DNA of 64,000 nucleotides. Source: Adineta vaga (Eukaryota > Animalia > Rotifera). The first letter of the stretch is position 1. The number at the start of each line of letters is the position of its first letter. Both the position numbers and the translations under genes were made by a program. The notes below the pieces were generated by a model. The model made no database searches. It saw only the letters and a list, made by a program, of their open reading frames with translations, and was not told the DNA's origin. The DNA lies in the NCBI GenBank assembly GCA_021613535.1, contig CP075497.1:6138001-6202000 (forward strand), in the 5' to 3' direction. Below are positions 45,284-57,812 of this stretch, piece after piece.

Positions 45284-46811
45284 CTAATGTTCTGGAATAA
45301 GGCGTCTGTTCAATGTCGGAGTTAAATATTTTCGCTGTAAACTGTAATATGATGATGACGGAGGAAGAGGTTCCCTACGAAATAGAAAACGAAACCTCAA
45401 GTAAAAATAAATATGTTGGCGAAACGTCGACGATGAAAGTGCATATATGAAAGGATCAATGCATGCTGCTATCTTAGCGAATAAACCAGTTATTGAAGTT
45501 GTGTACATATTTATGAGATGACTAGGACCAAATTGAGATAGTATTGTCATCAATGCATACGGTGTCCAAGCCAAACAATAGATACCACATATTAGTAATG
45601 CCATACGAGTAGCACGAACTTCGGTACGACGAAAAACTTGTTTCATATGTTTATTTTCACCTAATTCAAGAACACTTTTTACTTTATCCTGTGATATTTC
45701 ATTATTCAATGAATGAAGTGGAATAAAACAGTAAATAATTCCTTGTTTCACTTGCTTATAGGGACTGTCATCAGTATCATTAAAATATTTAAGAGAACGA
45801 CCACGTTTCGATAGTTTCATTAAAATAATTGTATATGATACTATAATTATTGTTAATGGAATCAAAAATCCACCAATTATTAACACCAACATAAACGAAC
45901 GATTCCATCGATCTTTCGACACATAATCAAATGTACAACTTGTACCAAATCCTTCAAATACAAAACGATTCCATCCAAACAATGGCCCGATCATCCATAT
46001 CAAACCATACATCCAACTACAAACAATACATTCTATCAAATCAAACATGCAAATATATATATAGACAACGTTAGGAAAAAGAGCGAAAATACAAACTGAA
46101 TGTAAATTGTGTAGTTAACTTTAATGAACTAAATGGATCAATGACAGCCATGAGTCGAGTAAGTGCAATTGCTGCCATTGTTGCAATGGATGTGAGACCA
46201 CAGAGACCACCGGTGAATGCATAGAAGTTACAACCTAAAATTCGGTTGATAAAATTATGTACAAGAAGACATCATCAAATGAAAGTAGATGTGGTTTTGT
46301 TGTTAAAATAAAATTTACTAAATGATTCAAAATATGATTTTCGATGAACTCGGTAAACATCTTTAAATATATCTTATTTTCACATTCTCTCAAATCGAGT
46401 TCTTTTTTAAAATTGATTCAATCACATTTCATGCGGAAAATTGTTATTCGAGAGTTCAGGAAATACAAAAAGAAAATTACCTATTTGTCCAAATGGCCAA
46501 TATTCATTAAATGACGCAATAACATGTAGTGTATTATTTGTAACAAGCAATCCAAGATCAGTAACAGCAAGATTAATAAGAAGAAAATTACTTGGTTGTC
46601 GTAATCTTGAATTTCTATTAACAAATACATACATGATTCCATGAAAAAAACAAAGATTTTATTTTTTATACCTGACAAATACAAAAATGACCAGACAATT
46701 AGTTAGTGATCCACATAGTAGACATAAGAGAGAAACTACACCTATTCCATAATGCCATATAACCGATACTGAAGTACTCATGTTGGTAGATACAATTAAA
46801 TCGAGGTTCAT
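45284..46811 (-). CDS. Opsin A (rhabdomeric-like, divergent), four exons
   Basis: LRQPSNFLLINLAVTD, WPFGQIGCNFYAF, PLFGWNRFVFEGFGTSCTFDY, LAWTPYA and TM7 LFAK (Lys296 equivalent, 45473-45475). Confidence 0.9.
45799..46286. repeat. Near-identical inverted repeat, partner of 61594-62091
   Basis: Reverse complement matches 61594-62091 apart from one substitution and the (TA)n length. Confidence 0.93.
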
Positions 46812-48046
46812 TGGAAATATGTTGTTTGTTGAATAGTTTTCTTCCCGTTTTTACTCTATCTTACTCTAATAAAAGTAGGGAAGGGAGCAGAATAAAATTT
46901 CTTTATTATCTTTTATAGAAGTGCGACCAGAAAAAGAATTCTGCATTTTGTCATGAACATATTTATTACAACTCCTATTCCAATAATTTGATATCTATGC
47001 ATGATTTCATAGACGCATGATGTATTCTGATCATATAAACGATTAGTATATAACACGAAACAATGTGAGAAAACCTGTTTAACATCCCGAAAGAGAATTG
47101 ACATTACACATTCTCCTTCTATCAAAATAAATGGATAAACAACGAAACTGTTTCAACTATCCTTGTGACTTGGAAGAACACCATTTCTATATAACCGAAG
47201 CGTCAAGTTGAAATGACGATGTTACATTAATTATAAATAATTCCCATGCTGTTATGACTGACAAGACAGTAATTTGAAGAGGACTAGCTTCAATTCAACA
47301 GCTAGCCTCGATAATCTTTGTCTTATTATTGAGTTGATATCATACGATATGTTGTGTTAGTAGTTGGTTTATTAAAAAAGAGCCTTTGCATAACTTAGAA
47401 TTTGAACAATGACGAAAGATTATATCTCATATTTCCTCGAAAAGATTTTTTTACGATAGATTTATGAATGAATACCAAACATATATTAATAAGCACTGCA
47501 AAAAAAATAGGGCATGTTATTTATGAGTCTCTTCTCATATATTTCTTTCTTTGGAAAGGCGAACCGTATCTTTGAACATCGATATTCTATTCAAATGAAT
47601 TCTGAGTATGTAGATACATACATATATATTTCATTTCATTCATTCGGTATTAATTTGAATATTTTGATTTACTGGGAGAAAAAAATCAGTTGGAATCTAA
47701 AGAATATGTTCTGTTTATTTGTGAAAAAGTTAATAGTTGAATTAGAATCAGTGAATGATATCAATTTCGTTTTTCTTCCCACTCGTTTCGTTGTTAATAC
47801 AGTGTAAGAACATCTTCTATCACTTGTTAAATTATCTATCTTGAAATATTGATCGATGTGAAATATGCCAATAGTGTTTTATTTATGACGAACGAAAATA
47901 ATCAATAGTAGAAAAAAAATACTGTAAAAACAACAACAACAACAACAACAATGAAACGAAAGAAGATATTTGTTCCAAAGTTTGAATTGTCACAAATGAC
48001 TTAGATGTTTCTAATTTTTCAATTTATCTCTCTTATCTATTTTTCT

Positions 48047-48138
48047 AAATCGATAAAAAGCAAAAGGTCAGATGTCAAGTCTGTAATAAATCATTACTTT
48101 AAACTTGAATCGTCATGAGGAAATCAAGTTATCAATTT
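48047..48138 (-). promoter_or_regulatory. SECIS element (type II) in the SELENOT 3' UTR
   Basis: Minus strand reads AUGAC-GAUUCAAGUUU-AAA-GUAAU(GAUUU)AUUAC-AGACUUGACAUC-UGAC, with lower helix AAAUUGAUAA/UUAUCGAUUU. Confidence 0.88.
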
Positions 48139-48231
48139 AGTAATAGATAAAAAGAAGATAATTTCAAATTGAAACATTAAAGACAAAAAGTAAGAAAAGA
48201 AACTTTGGATTTTTGTATTTAAGACTAGAAA

Positions 48232-48953
48232 TTAGAAACGGGCAGCAGAATTCATGTTTGAATTCGTTGTAAATGTTTGTAACATTTGAACAAATTCATT
48301 CGCTGATGGTAAACGGCCTGTTTCAAGTTTTGACCAAAGTGGAACATCGTTCACTGATATTTCGAATGCACCCGTTGAAATTAAACTTGATTCAATTGAA
48401 TTTGAAAGGAAAAATACCATTAAACATGCATACATTTTATTTTGTAACGCCCATGAAAATACTGCTGGAGTAGGAATATTTAAAAGTACAAAAGGGTTTT
48501 GACCAAAAAGGAGACAAACAAGTAACGCCATTTTAACCATAGATATTACACGAGCTATTAAAGCTTTGGTAGGTGGTGGTGGGTAATTTTCACCAACAAC
48601 TTCCAATTCAGGATAGTGTGTTCGGACAAGTTGTGCAAACTGTTCAAACACATTTCGGTACCTTAAAAATATGAAATCATTTCTTCAAAAGAAAATTCAA
48701 ATAATCAAATAGTTTACCCTCAGCTATTGCAAAAGAGAAATGTAATTGTTGGTATACCATGCTTTTTGATTTTAGGCGTTGGAATAGTTGAAGATTTTAC
48801 ATACGATTCATCGGAATGGCTATCGAAAGATGATGAAGTAGATTCTGTTGTTTTTGAATCAGTTACTGGAGGATTTAAATATACTTGTGTCAAATCATAA
48901 CATGTTGATAGAAGAACAAGACCTAGACCGAATAAAATCTTTCGGTCCATCAT
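48232..48953 (-). CDS. SELENOT: Selenoprotein T
   Basis: N-terminal hydrophobic leader; FLFCNS-UGA-G|YRNVFEQF (CxxU, TGA at 48720-48722, intron 48662-48717); GENYPP, NKMYACLMVFFLSN and STGAFEI..ND.P.WSKLETGRLP. Confidence 0.95.
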
Positions 48954-50018
48954 GTTCAACGATGACTGTCGACAAGTCTGGTCTGATCTAACTGATCTTT
49001 TTAAAAATATCAAAATAAATAAATCACAGTTAGGAACAAACATTAGAGGTGTAAACCAATCAGCAACTGATAAGATAATATCAGATTGAAATTGTTAATC
49101 AACGACATCTACAGGATCATAAGAGAGAATACATATAGATACTTCTCTATTCAATTTAAACATAAATTCATTGCAAAACTCGTTAAAAACAATTCTTCGA
49201 TCTAAGAAAACGATCATGAGAAGAGAAAACGTTCCGCACATTTAGTTAGTTCTTTCTTTTGTTCTTATTAAAAACTAACGCTATTAAAAAACATGACAAA
49301 ACAGTTCAGCTTTTCAAATAATTAATTTCTGTTGTTTTGTTGAGTTCTACATGATGAGTACTTCTTTCATTCTTCTGTCAACAGAGTGGATAATGATTTT
49401 TCTGAACTATTCGAGGAAAGTCGAGCATTCTCAATTGTATCTTATAACTGAGTATCTGACAAGATTTAAATGAGATTTCCTTTGATTCTATTCTTATTAT
49501 CTGTGATATTTTTATCATATGAATGTCTTATTGTTCAAGAAAAGTATTTCATTTCGTTTCGTTTCGTTTCGTTTTCTTATGAAAGATATTGACAAATTCT
49601 TATATTTCATTCTTTTTCTCGGTTTTTTTCAATCTAATTTATCACAGAATGTTAAAAAGTCTTTTTTCTCCTTTAAAAAAAACGAACGACACAACAGAAA
49701 AAAAACTGACATTCTAATTATCATTGAATATTCTTTATTCTTACTTCATTCTTTTTTCTTTGTCAATTATTCCTAAAGCTTCGAATCTCTTCATTTTTAT
49801 TAGAAACAGAAACAAAGGTGTAAAATTTTCTATTACTGATACGTGATTGAAAGTCGAACGAACCAGGACAATATTAAGAAAAAACCAAAAAAAGTCCAAT
49901 AAGAACAATCTATGGTAATTTATTCTCTCATCATTGCCGAAGCCATCCAAAACTATACAGTGTTGAAACACTGATCATATTCTTTTCTTCTCTTTATTTC
50001 AAAGTATAACTCAAACGA

Positions 50019-50948
50019 ATGGCAGCAAATCATAAATCAACAAAACAAACGACAATAACGTTTCCTAAATCAAATGACTTTCGTCTAAAATTTCCTTCAA
50101 CTAAAACTCCCAATACAAAACCATGTGCAACATCTCCAAATCGTTCAAATAATTCACAGATACCAAAAACTTCACTTATCTATCCAACATTAATTACGCG
50201 TTCACCCTCATCATACTATTCAAATCATCAACAATATTCACAAGATACACGTTATCTATATGTTGTTAATGCATCTGGAAATTCTCATCGAACGCCATCA
50301 ACACAACCACACAACATCAATTTAAATTCAGTACCACTTCATCAACAATCTCATATATTAACTTCATCATCAGTTTCACAGCCACATCCACATTATGGTC
50401 ATTTTCTCGCGTATCTTCGACGGCAATCTTTAGCTCGTCTACGTCGTAAACAAGAACAACAAGAATTAGATGGTGCTGAAAGTGTAGACACAACAATAAC
50501 ATCGAATACAAATAAAACATCATCTCATTCATTACACTCGATATCAAATCTGTCTCTTGGAATATTAACATCAGACGTAACATCGATGCCTGCAATGTCT
50601 TCGACATCAAAACAAAAACCTAGACCTATAACACCACATCGTCAATTGCAACGATCATCATCGTCGTTACCAACAAATTATCGTTTGAAATTAAATCAAT
50701 CCTTACCATTGAGACAAATAACATCATTGGATATAGAAAAGGAAAAGACTGCTAACACTCATTCATTATTATTGCCAATGAAAGCAGACAGTAGTACACC
50801 AGCAAATTCACTTGTTAGTGAAGCAAATGCATCATCAACAAATAAAACTCCTTACGAAGTGAATTTAAGTGGTGATATGCTTAGTTATTGTTATGTGAGT
50901 GATAGCGGAGTTACATATCAAGGACAGTTACTTTCTTCTCTTGTTTAA
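50019..50948 (+). CDS. Uncharacterised Ser/Thr/Pro-rich protein (309 aa)
   Basis: Long ATG-initiated ORF in AT-rich DNA with host-like codon usage; no recognisable domain. Confidence 0.7.
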   Translation: MAANHKSTKQTTITFPKSNDFRLKFPSTKTPNTKPCATSPNRSNNSQIPKTSLIYPTLITRSPSSYYSNHQQYSQDTRYLYVVNASGNSHRTPSTQPHNINLNSVPLHQQSHILTSSSVSQPHPHYGHFLAYLRRQSLARLRRKQEQQELDGAESVDTTITSNTNKTSSHSLHSISNLSLGILTSDVTSMPAMSSTSKQKPRPITPHRQLQRSSSSLPTNYRLKLNQSLPLRQITSLDIEKEKTANTHSLLLPMKADSSTPANSLVSEANASSTNKTPYEVNLSGDMLSYCYVSDSGVTYQGQLLSSLV

Positions 50949-51011
50949 TGACAATATTTTCATTTTCTTATTATTAATATACAAAAAAGCAAAGTTTCAT
51001 TGTTGTTTTCT

Positions 51012-52147
51012 TCATTTGAAAAATTTCGACAGGACAGAAGATGTTTTGGACGGTGGTCGTTTTGTTGTTATCGATGTTGTTGCTTGAGATGTATTATGCG
51101 TTGTAACAGGCGAGCCTGCTTTTGTCGTTGATGAAGTTAATAAATTTGAATGAGATGAATGAATCGATGATTGTGAATCAAGTTTAACTAATTTACCTAA
51201 TTTTTGTGTAAAATTAGCGGGTAAAGGTGGTGGTAATGGGATAGTTGATGGTGGTATTTTTTCTGTTTCATTTAATAATGTAAAATGAATTGATGAATTT
51301 GATGAGGAAGATGATGAAGGAGAAGGAAAATTCATATTTGAATTCATTGGTATAGTTGATGATGGTTCTTCATCAATTGAATTCGATGCAACAACACGTT
51401 CACGTTCTTTTCGTACTTCTCGTACAGTTCGATGAAATAACTGTTGAACATATTCATAATCATCAGCTGCTGTTGTTTCACAAAATGCACAACTAAATTT
51501 TGCAGCAATAGCTTCACCTTCACATTTTGGAATTACTCTATAAAAATTAGAATAATAAAAAACATCGTATCAAAACGATCATTTACCTTGTTCGATCAAG
51601 ATCAAGTTTATTACCCAACAATATCAACACCAATTCATTTGATGAAACACTTAAACTTTTCGAATAATTAGTAATTGCATCTAAATAAGCCAAGGCCATT
51701 TCAAAACTATCCTGCTGAGTAATACTGTAAGTTATTAAGACAGCATCAGCCCATTTTAAATAATAAGGTAAACGTTTATCATCCTTAGAAGGAAATAAGT
51801 GTAAAATTATTCATCAATAAAACAATCTTTCCTATACTTTTCCGTATGTATCCATTACTTTAACAAGTACTTCTTGATGATCAACAGTATCTGGCTTCCA
51901 ATATGTATCTTCTAGAAAAAAAAGAATATCATTTCAATTTCAATTTCAATTTCAATTCAAACAAATCTTTCTAACCAAGAAATGGATCATATTCACAGAT
52001 AAAACGTTTTGTTAAATATTTCACAACTAATGCTGATTTGCCCACATTTTGTTTGCCAAGTAAAACAATATTAACTTCTTCTTTCGGTAAACTAATCGTT
52101 GATTGATGACTTTTAATCAAACTACTCGTTGGTTTATATCGAATCAT
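51012..52147 (-). CDS. RERG/RASL11/RASL12-like small GTPase
   Basis: Four exons: [49 protein letters not shown] and CETTAA; Ser/Pro-rich tail with no CAAX. Confidence 0.88.
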
Positions 52148-52207
52148 GATGATTTACTAAACATAAATGTATTACTAATAATGATTCGACTGTTCTTTTT
52201 CTTCTCT

Positions 52208-52234
52208 GATAGATAGATAGATAGATAGATAGAT
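52208..52234. repeat. (GATA)n microsatellite
   Basis: gatagatagatag... run. Confidence 0.85.
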
Positions 52235-55200
52235 ATGCTTACTCACGTCATATATCAATGACATTACAGAAGAACAAAAGAACGACAAAATACACACTGA
52301 CATCATCTTCGTGCTAGTGCCACTCCTTTTGACAGTACATATAACAAAGTTAGAACATTAATACAGAACGAGAGAGAGAGAGAGATGCATAGTGTGCATA
52401 AGATACAAAAATAATATGTAGATAGAAAAGGCCATAATATAGATAGAGTGGTACCATCTTTGACTACTACAGATGTTTAAGATATATCGAAGGGCGACGA
52501 GAAAAAAATCGATCATTAAGAAAAGAGAAAAGAACATATGAAGACATTTTCCTATACGAGATTATGATGATCCAGGAAAATATTGATTTATTTATTCATT
52601 TGTTATACAATTGTTTGTAAAAATCGTCTCTTTAATATCTGTACAGATCAACTCTATGATCCAGGTTAACAAATCTGTGCGTCGTTATGCAAAGAATCAA
52701 AATATTTTGAAGATAAATTCATTCAGAGTTTGATATTATTGTACTTATTGATCAGATATAAATTCATCTAAGATAATCGATCAATATGTGAACTTGATTT
52801 AAGGAAAATATTACGTCGATTTTACATCAAGATGTGATGACATTCAGTCTATCATTATGCGTCTGACTGAAAACTGATAGTAATATAAGAATTGTTTATC
52901 GAAATGTTTGTAAAAAATCAAATAATGATGTATGATTATATTACATATATAATAATTAATATCGACAACCACAGAGACTATCGTAGTTAACCAAGAATTG
53001 ATTGAAAGTAGAACATTTTCTCGTCTAGTAATTTATATAGAATATACAAATAGAATTGTTTATGCTATTTTGATTTGGTATTCATACTATCACATAAGTT
53101 TTTGATGAAATTTTTCTTTAGAAAGAAATAGAACCATGTGAATTATTCAAAGATATATCTTTGAGTGAAAAATTACCATGCCATTATTTCTCTTTCTGTA
53201 ACTTCTAACAATCTAATTTGTTTGTAAAAACACCCGGAAGAAATATACAAATCAATATTCATTCATAGTTTGTTGATTGTTAATGCAACCAAACCAAGAA
53301 GCTTTTGTTAATTGCATCATCTTCATTATTGTTGTTTGTAAATGAATAAACAGACAAAGAATAAAAGATTGTTTAAATTTTTTTCTAATCGAATAAATAG
53401 ATAAAAGTAATAAAAAGTAAGGCACAAAATTTTAGACATGACTTTTAGTTTGATGAAAAAGAACATACAGATGGTAATTTTTCCCGCCTTTGTGTCATAT
53501 ATTTTGTCTTCATGAGTCACGTGTGTGTTACCATAAAAAACTAGGATCAAGATTTTTCTCTAGAATCATTTTCGTGATTAAAATGCTTATAAACTCATTG
53601 ATTCATCTGAACAAACAGTTGGTTTCCGATCGTGATGAATTTCCTTGAGTTTATTTGCGTTGAAAAAGAAAAGTAAATTTCATCTAAAATCAATATGTTT
53701 TCTGGTTATATTTGTCATTATTCACGGTATTCTCACTGTTGCAAGTTGATTTCATTTCTAGAGTTTGACGTATGTATGTATGCGTATATATCGTTTTTTT
53801 TAAATATGCATTCAACAAAGAAAAACTTATTTATAATTGATAACGGCAGAAAGCATAGGAATGGGGTTTTTTTGTTCAATTAAATTTGACTGATGTCGGA
53901 GAAACGGAAGATGAGATACTTGAAATTTTTTTCTTCTTCTCCTCTGTTTGATTATTCAAATAAGTACCAAGAAAAAAGAAAAAGTCTAGTTGATATATTT
54001 GACAACGATATGAAGAGTAAGGTGAGTAGAACATATTTTAATTTTCAAAAATACTTCTTGACTATCAATTTAATCAGTCAGATCATATTACATTCAGAAG
54101 ATATACTAAATCTCTATACTATTTGTACGTAAAAAGTAGGACGATAAATGTATTCCTTTTGTTTTTTGTCGATATACGTATCACACACATATTACATACT
54201 AACTTGATCAATCAATCAATACATTTTTATCCTTTTGTGTTGCTTTAGTCCTTTGTAAATATGCTTAACAGATTCTACCTCGACTGCAAACATAACAACA
54301 CAGGTATTTAGCGCTTTTGTAATCTTACATAAAATCTCTAATGACTTGACATATATGATTATGTATTGAAGATTTCGATCTATACATATTATTTTCTTCA
54401 TCTTATGAATAAAGACGTGATGAATATCTTCCATATAAATCACAAAGTAGTGACATATATACGATTTTCTAAGTTTTACATATACTCCTTTTTCTTTATT
54501 TCTCTGATCATTATCGTTATATTATTTTTTTAATGTAAAACTCGTAAAAAAAAGAAGAGAACAGATGACTACGTCAATGTCTTGTTTTCATTAGCGAATC
54601 AATATTTAGATGCATGATGTAATTCTAATAGAAGTCACTTTCAAAATAAATGTGTAACTATTCAAATAACATATAGATGCAAAAAATAAATCGTCTGAGA
54701 TTCGTCAAGACGTCATTATTGTCGGTACAAAATCTTTATCGTACTGTACACAATGTACTACGTCAAATAAGCATTTTCTTTTGTTAGTAAAATGTTGTGG
54801 GTGGAAAAACACTCTAAGTTTAAGTAAAACAAAACAGCATAATATTTGACTGAATTAAATGTTTGAGAAATTTTCGAAAAAAAATGTGTCATTATGAAAA
54901 TAATTAAAAGGATTCATATAAAAGAACAAGTTCTATTGACAGAATCCATATAAGTATATACATCTTTTTGACAAATCTTGTCACAATTGTCAATAAAGTT
55001 AAATATATTACAAGAATAACCTTGACGATTTTATCAGAAATAGAGAATTTCGACGAGAAGAGAGATATGAAAGAATCTGATATCCATTAAGCAAAACTTT
55101 TCTTTTTCTTTACTCGTTTTGAATTTTTCTTTATTTGCTTGATAATGTGCATCGTCTAAGTGATTTTGATACGTGACAACACAATGAATAATAAAGGAAC

Positions 55201-55551
55201 ACAATATAGGTAACTTCTTTCTTTTTCTCTTTCATTTATTCACAAATCAATAATCATTTAAGAAGACAAATGATAACGAATTTATTGTTATTGACTGTCT
55301 TTTGGAAACGATTATTACCGTAGACAGTAATTTGACATCAAATCCTAAACACGTACAATATCCATCTGGACTCATTCCCTTGCCTTCCTTAACTTTTTTT
55401 TTTCTTCGATTCTCCACCTACGAAATCAAACCCATCTATCTTAATGTTATCAAACACAATTTACTCTTGATAAGTTTACATAACTAAATATTAACAAATC
55501 ATTGATTCTTCTTCCAGATGTTCGTCGTATAATTTAATTTACTTGATTTAA

Positions 55552-56757
55552 ATGGCTACGACAATCAGTTTTAATTTACCAAATGATGATGAAATGAAAC
55601 CAATCATTCAAACACAAGCTGAACATCAATATTTATTACGTCCACCAGCAAAAATCTTCAAACCGTTACCTCCAACGATCATACAAACAATTAAAAATGA
55701 ACGACAACAACGTCGTTTACAAGTTTCACATTCATCAGCAGATATTTTTAATATTAAACAATCATCAATTGATACAACAGATGAAGATTTTGAAGAAACA
55801 AATCGTTCACAAATAAAATCATCTCAATTGCCTCGTCAAAATAGACGTTGGAAATACGCATCACGTGCAAAACGTTCACCCTCAGAAATACGTGTTACAC
55901 TCTATCCAGATGAAAATATTGGTATTCATGAAAGTTTAACTCATAGTCAATCGGAAGTGTCAAGTCCAACAAGTCGACATGAACTACGCAAATCAGATTC
56001 ATCACTAACGGATAGAAAAGCAATAAAAACAAATACAACTGATTATTTACGACGTACTCTTCTTGAACATCGTTTTAGTCGTCGAGTAAATTCATCCTTT
56101 TCGTCTTCGACAACATTACGTTCATTGAGTCGACGTCGTTCAACACAAAATCTTTCTCCACGTCAATCAACAAATGTTCCACGTAACCGTCGGCATGCAC
56201 ACCATTTACCACGAAATTCAAAATGGCATATTGTTCGTCGTCGTTTACCTGATATTGCTATGATGAGTGAATCTTATGCTCGAATGAAATTACTTGAACA
56301 AGATTTACGTTGGCAGAATTTACGTGAAAAAATTCGTGCTCAAGTATATGATATGCGTGAAATGAATCTCTTACGACAACAAGATGATGGTTTAATATCG
56401 AAAAAGAAAACACAAAAGACAACATTTGATTTGAAGACCATTCCAGTTAATGAAGTTGTTCATGTTGAACGTGATGGACGAGTTTTTTCGATGAGTACTC
56501 GTGATCTTGTTCTTGGGCGTTTACTTGGTGCTGAAGATATACAATTAGATACATTTGCTCAATTAGATGCTCGACGACAATTTCAAGTACAACAACATTT
56601 ATTAAAACAACAAGAAGGAAGGACTCGTTTGAAGAAACACATTGCTTTCTCATTTTGTTTGTGCAATTTATCGTTTATTGTTCTTATGTTTGCTGCAATG
56701 TTTATTTCGGCTATGAGAACAATACTCGATTTAAGAGCAAGAAACTTTCTTTGGTAG
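55552..56757 (+). CDS. Uncharacterised Arg/Ser-rich protein with a C-terminal transmembrane helix (401 aa)
   Basis: Long single-exon ORF ending HIAFSFCLCNLSFIVLMFAAMFISAM plus a short tail. Confidence 0.75.
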   Translation: MATTISFNLPNDDEMKPIIQTQAEHQYLLRPPAKIFKPLPPTIIQTIKNERQQRRLQVSHSSADIFNIKQSSIDTTDEDFEETNRSQIKSSQLPRQNRRWKYASRAKRSPSEIRVTLYPDENIGIHESLTHSQSEVSSPTSRHELRKSDSSLTDRKAIKTNTTDYLRRTLLEHRFSRRVNSSFSSSTTLRSLSRRRSTQNLSPRQSTNVPRNRRHAHHLPRNSKWHIVRRRLPDIAMMSESYARMKLLEQDLRWQNLREKIRAQVYDMREMNLLRQQDDGLISKKKTQKTTFDLKTIPVNEVVHVERDGRVFSMSTRDLVLGRLLGAEDIQLDTFAQLDARRQFQVQQHLLKQQEGRTRLKKHIAFSFCLCNLSFIVLMFAAMFISAMRTILDLRARNFLW

Positions 56758-57812
56758 ATTTTTGTTTTTCTTTCACATCATCAGTCTCACGATTTTGAAT
56801 TTTTCAAAAGACTTCAATTTTTTCGTCTTTTTTTTATGCATTAATAGATATTTTTAATAATTATCAGGTACTTTCAAGTGTGTATAAACGTGTTCTTTTT
56901 TTGTATAATATAAAACGATTAAATACCTATCTTTATTACATATATAGTAAAAACGAACAAGATCATAAGATGTTAAAATATCTTAACAAATCGTCGTTTT
57001 TTTTTATGATATGAAAGAAAAAGAATGTTTGTAGAAAAATCTAATCGGTAATATTGAATGAAGTAATGTAAATTAATAAATACTGTATAGAACTTACAAG
57101 TATTCGATTTAACCTTGGTCGTATAATCAATATCATATGATGACATTTCTTTCTTTCTTTCTTTCAGAAAATTTATTCAATTTTCAATTGATTCGAACAG
57201 ATGAAAAAAAACTTAACATTCGAAGTTCTGCTTTTAATTATCCGTATCATCATTCTTTTGTTTTCCTCTCTATTTGTCCTTCTTAATCTAATGTTATCAA
57301 AGAACCTACTCAGTGTATAGCACATGCTCTTTTCTTTTTTTATTTATCGGTCTACTAACATCATCAGGTCTCTAAATCGCACAACAACAAGAAAAAGTGT
57401 TTTTTTTTTCTTCTTCTTCTTCTTCTTCTTCTTCTCCTCTTTCTCCTTCTTACTATTGTACCAATTCCACACTATGCCATTTTTTGCTTGTTTCTTTTTT
57501 TTTGTTCTTTTTATCATCACCATCACCACTATCGACATCAATTTATATAGAATAAATCATTCGTTTTTTTGCCAATTTCTACTTTCTGTTTCTTCCTTCT
57601 TATTTTCATTCTCTGAAGTCGTTTGTAAACGAATTGAATAAATCACCTGACAGTATTTCATTTTTCTCCTCTTCCTTCTCTCTCTTTTTCCTTTTTTCTA
57701 ACAATCAATCGGTCTCAACTAACAGATCAAATGTATGAATGAACTATCTTTTTTTATCCTCTATTCTATGCATCATGTTGAGTCATAGAACAATAGTAAA
57801 AACAAAAAGTTG

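Noticed and set aside
52250-55500. Short ORFs in AT-rich intergenic DNA (also 30000-32600 and 37700-39600)
   Set aside because: F/I/L/K-biased translations typical of random AT-rich sequence; no motifs.
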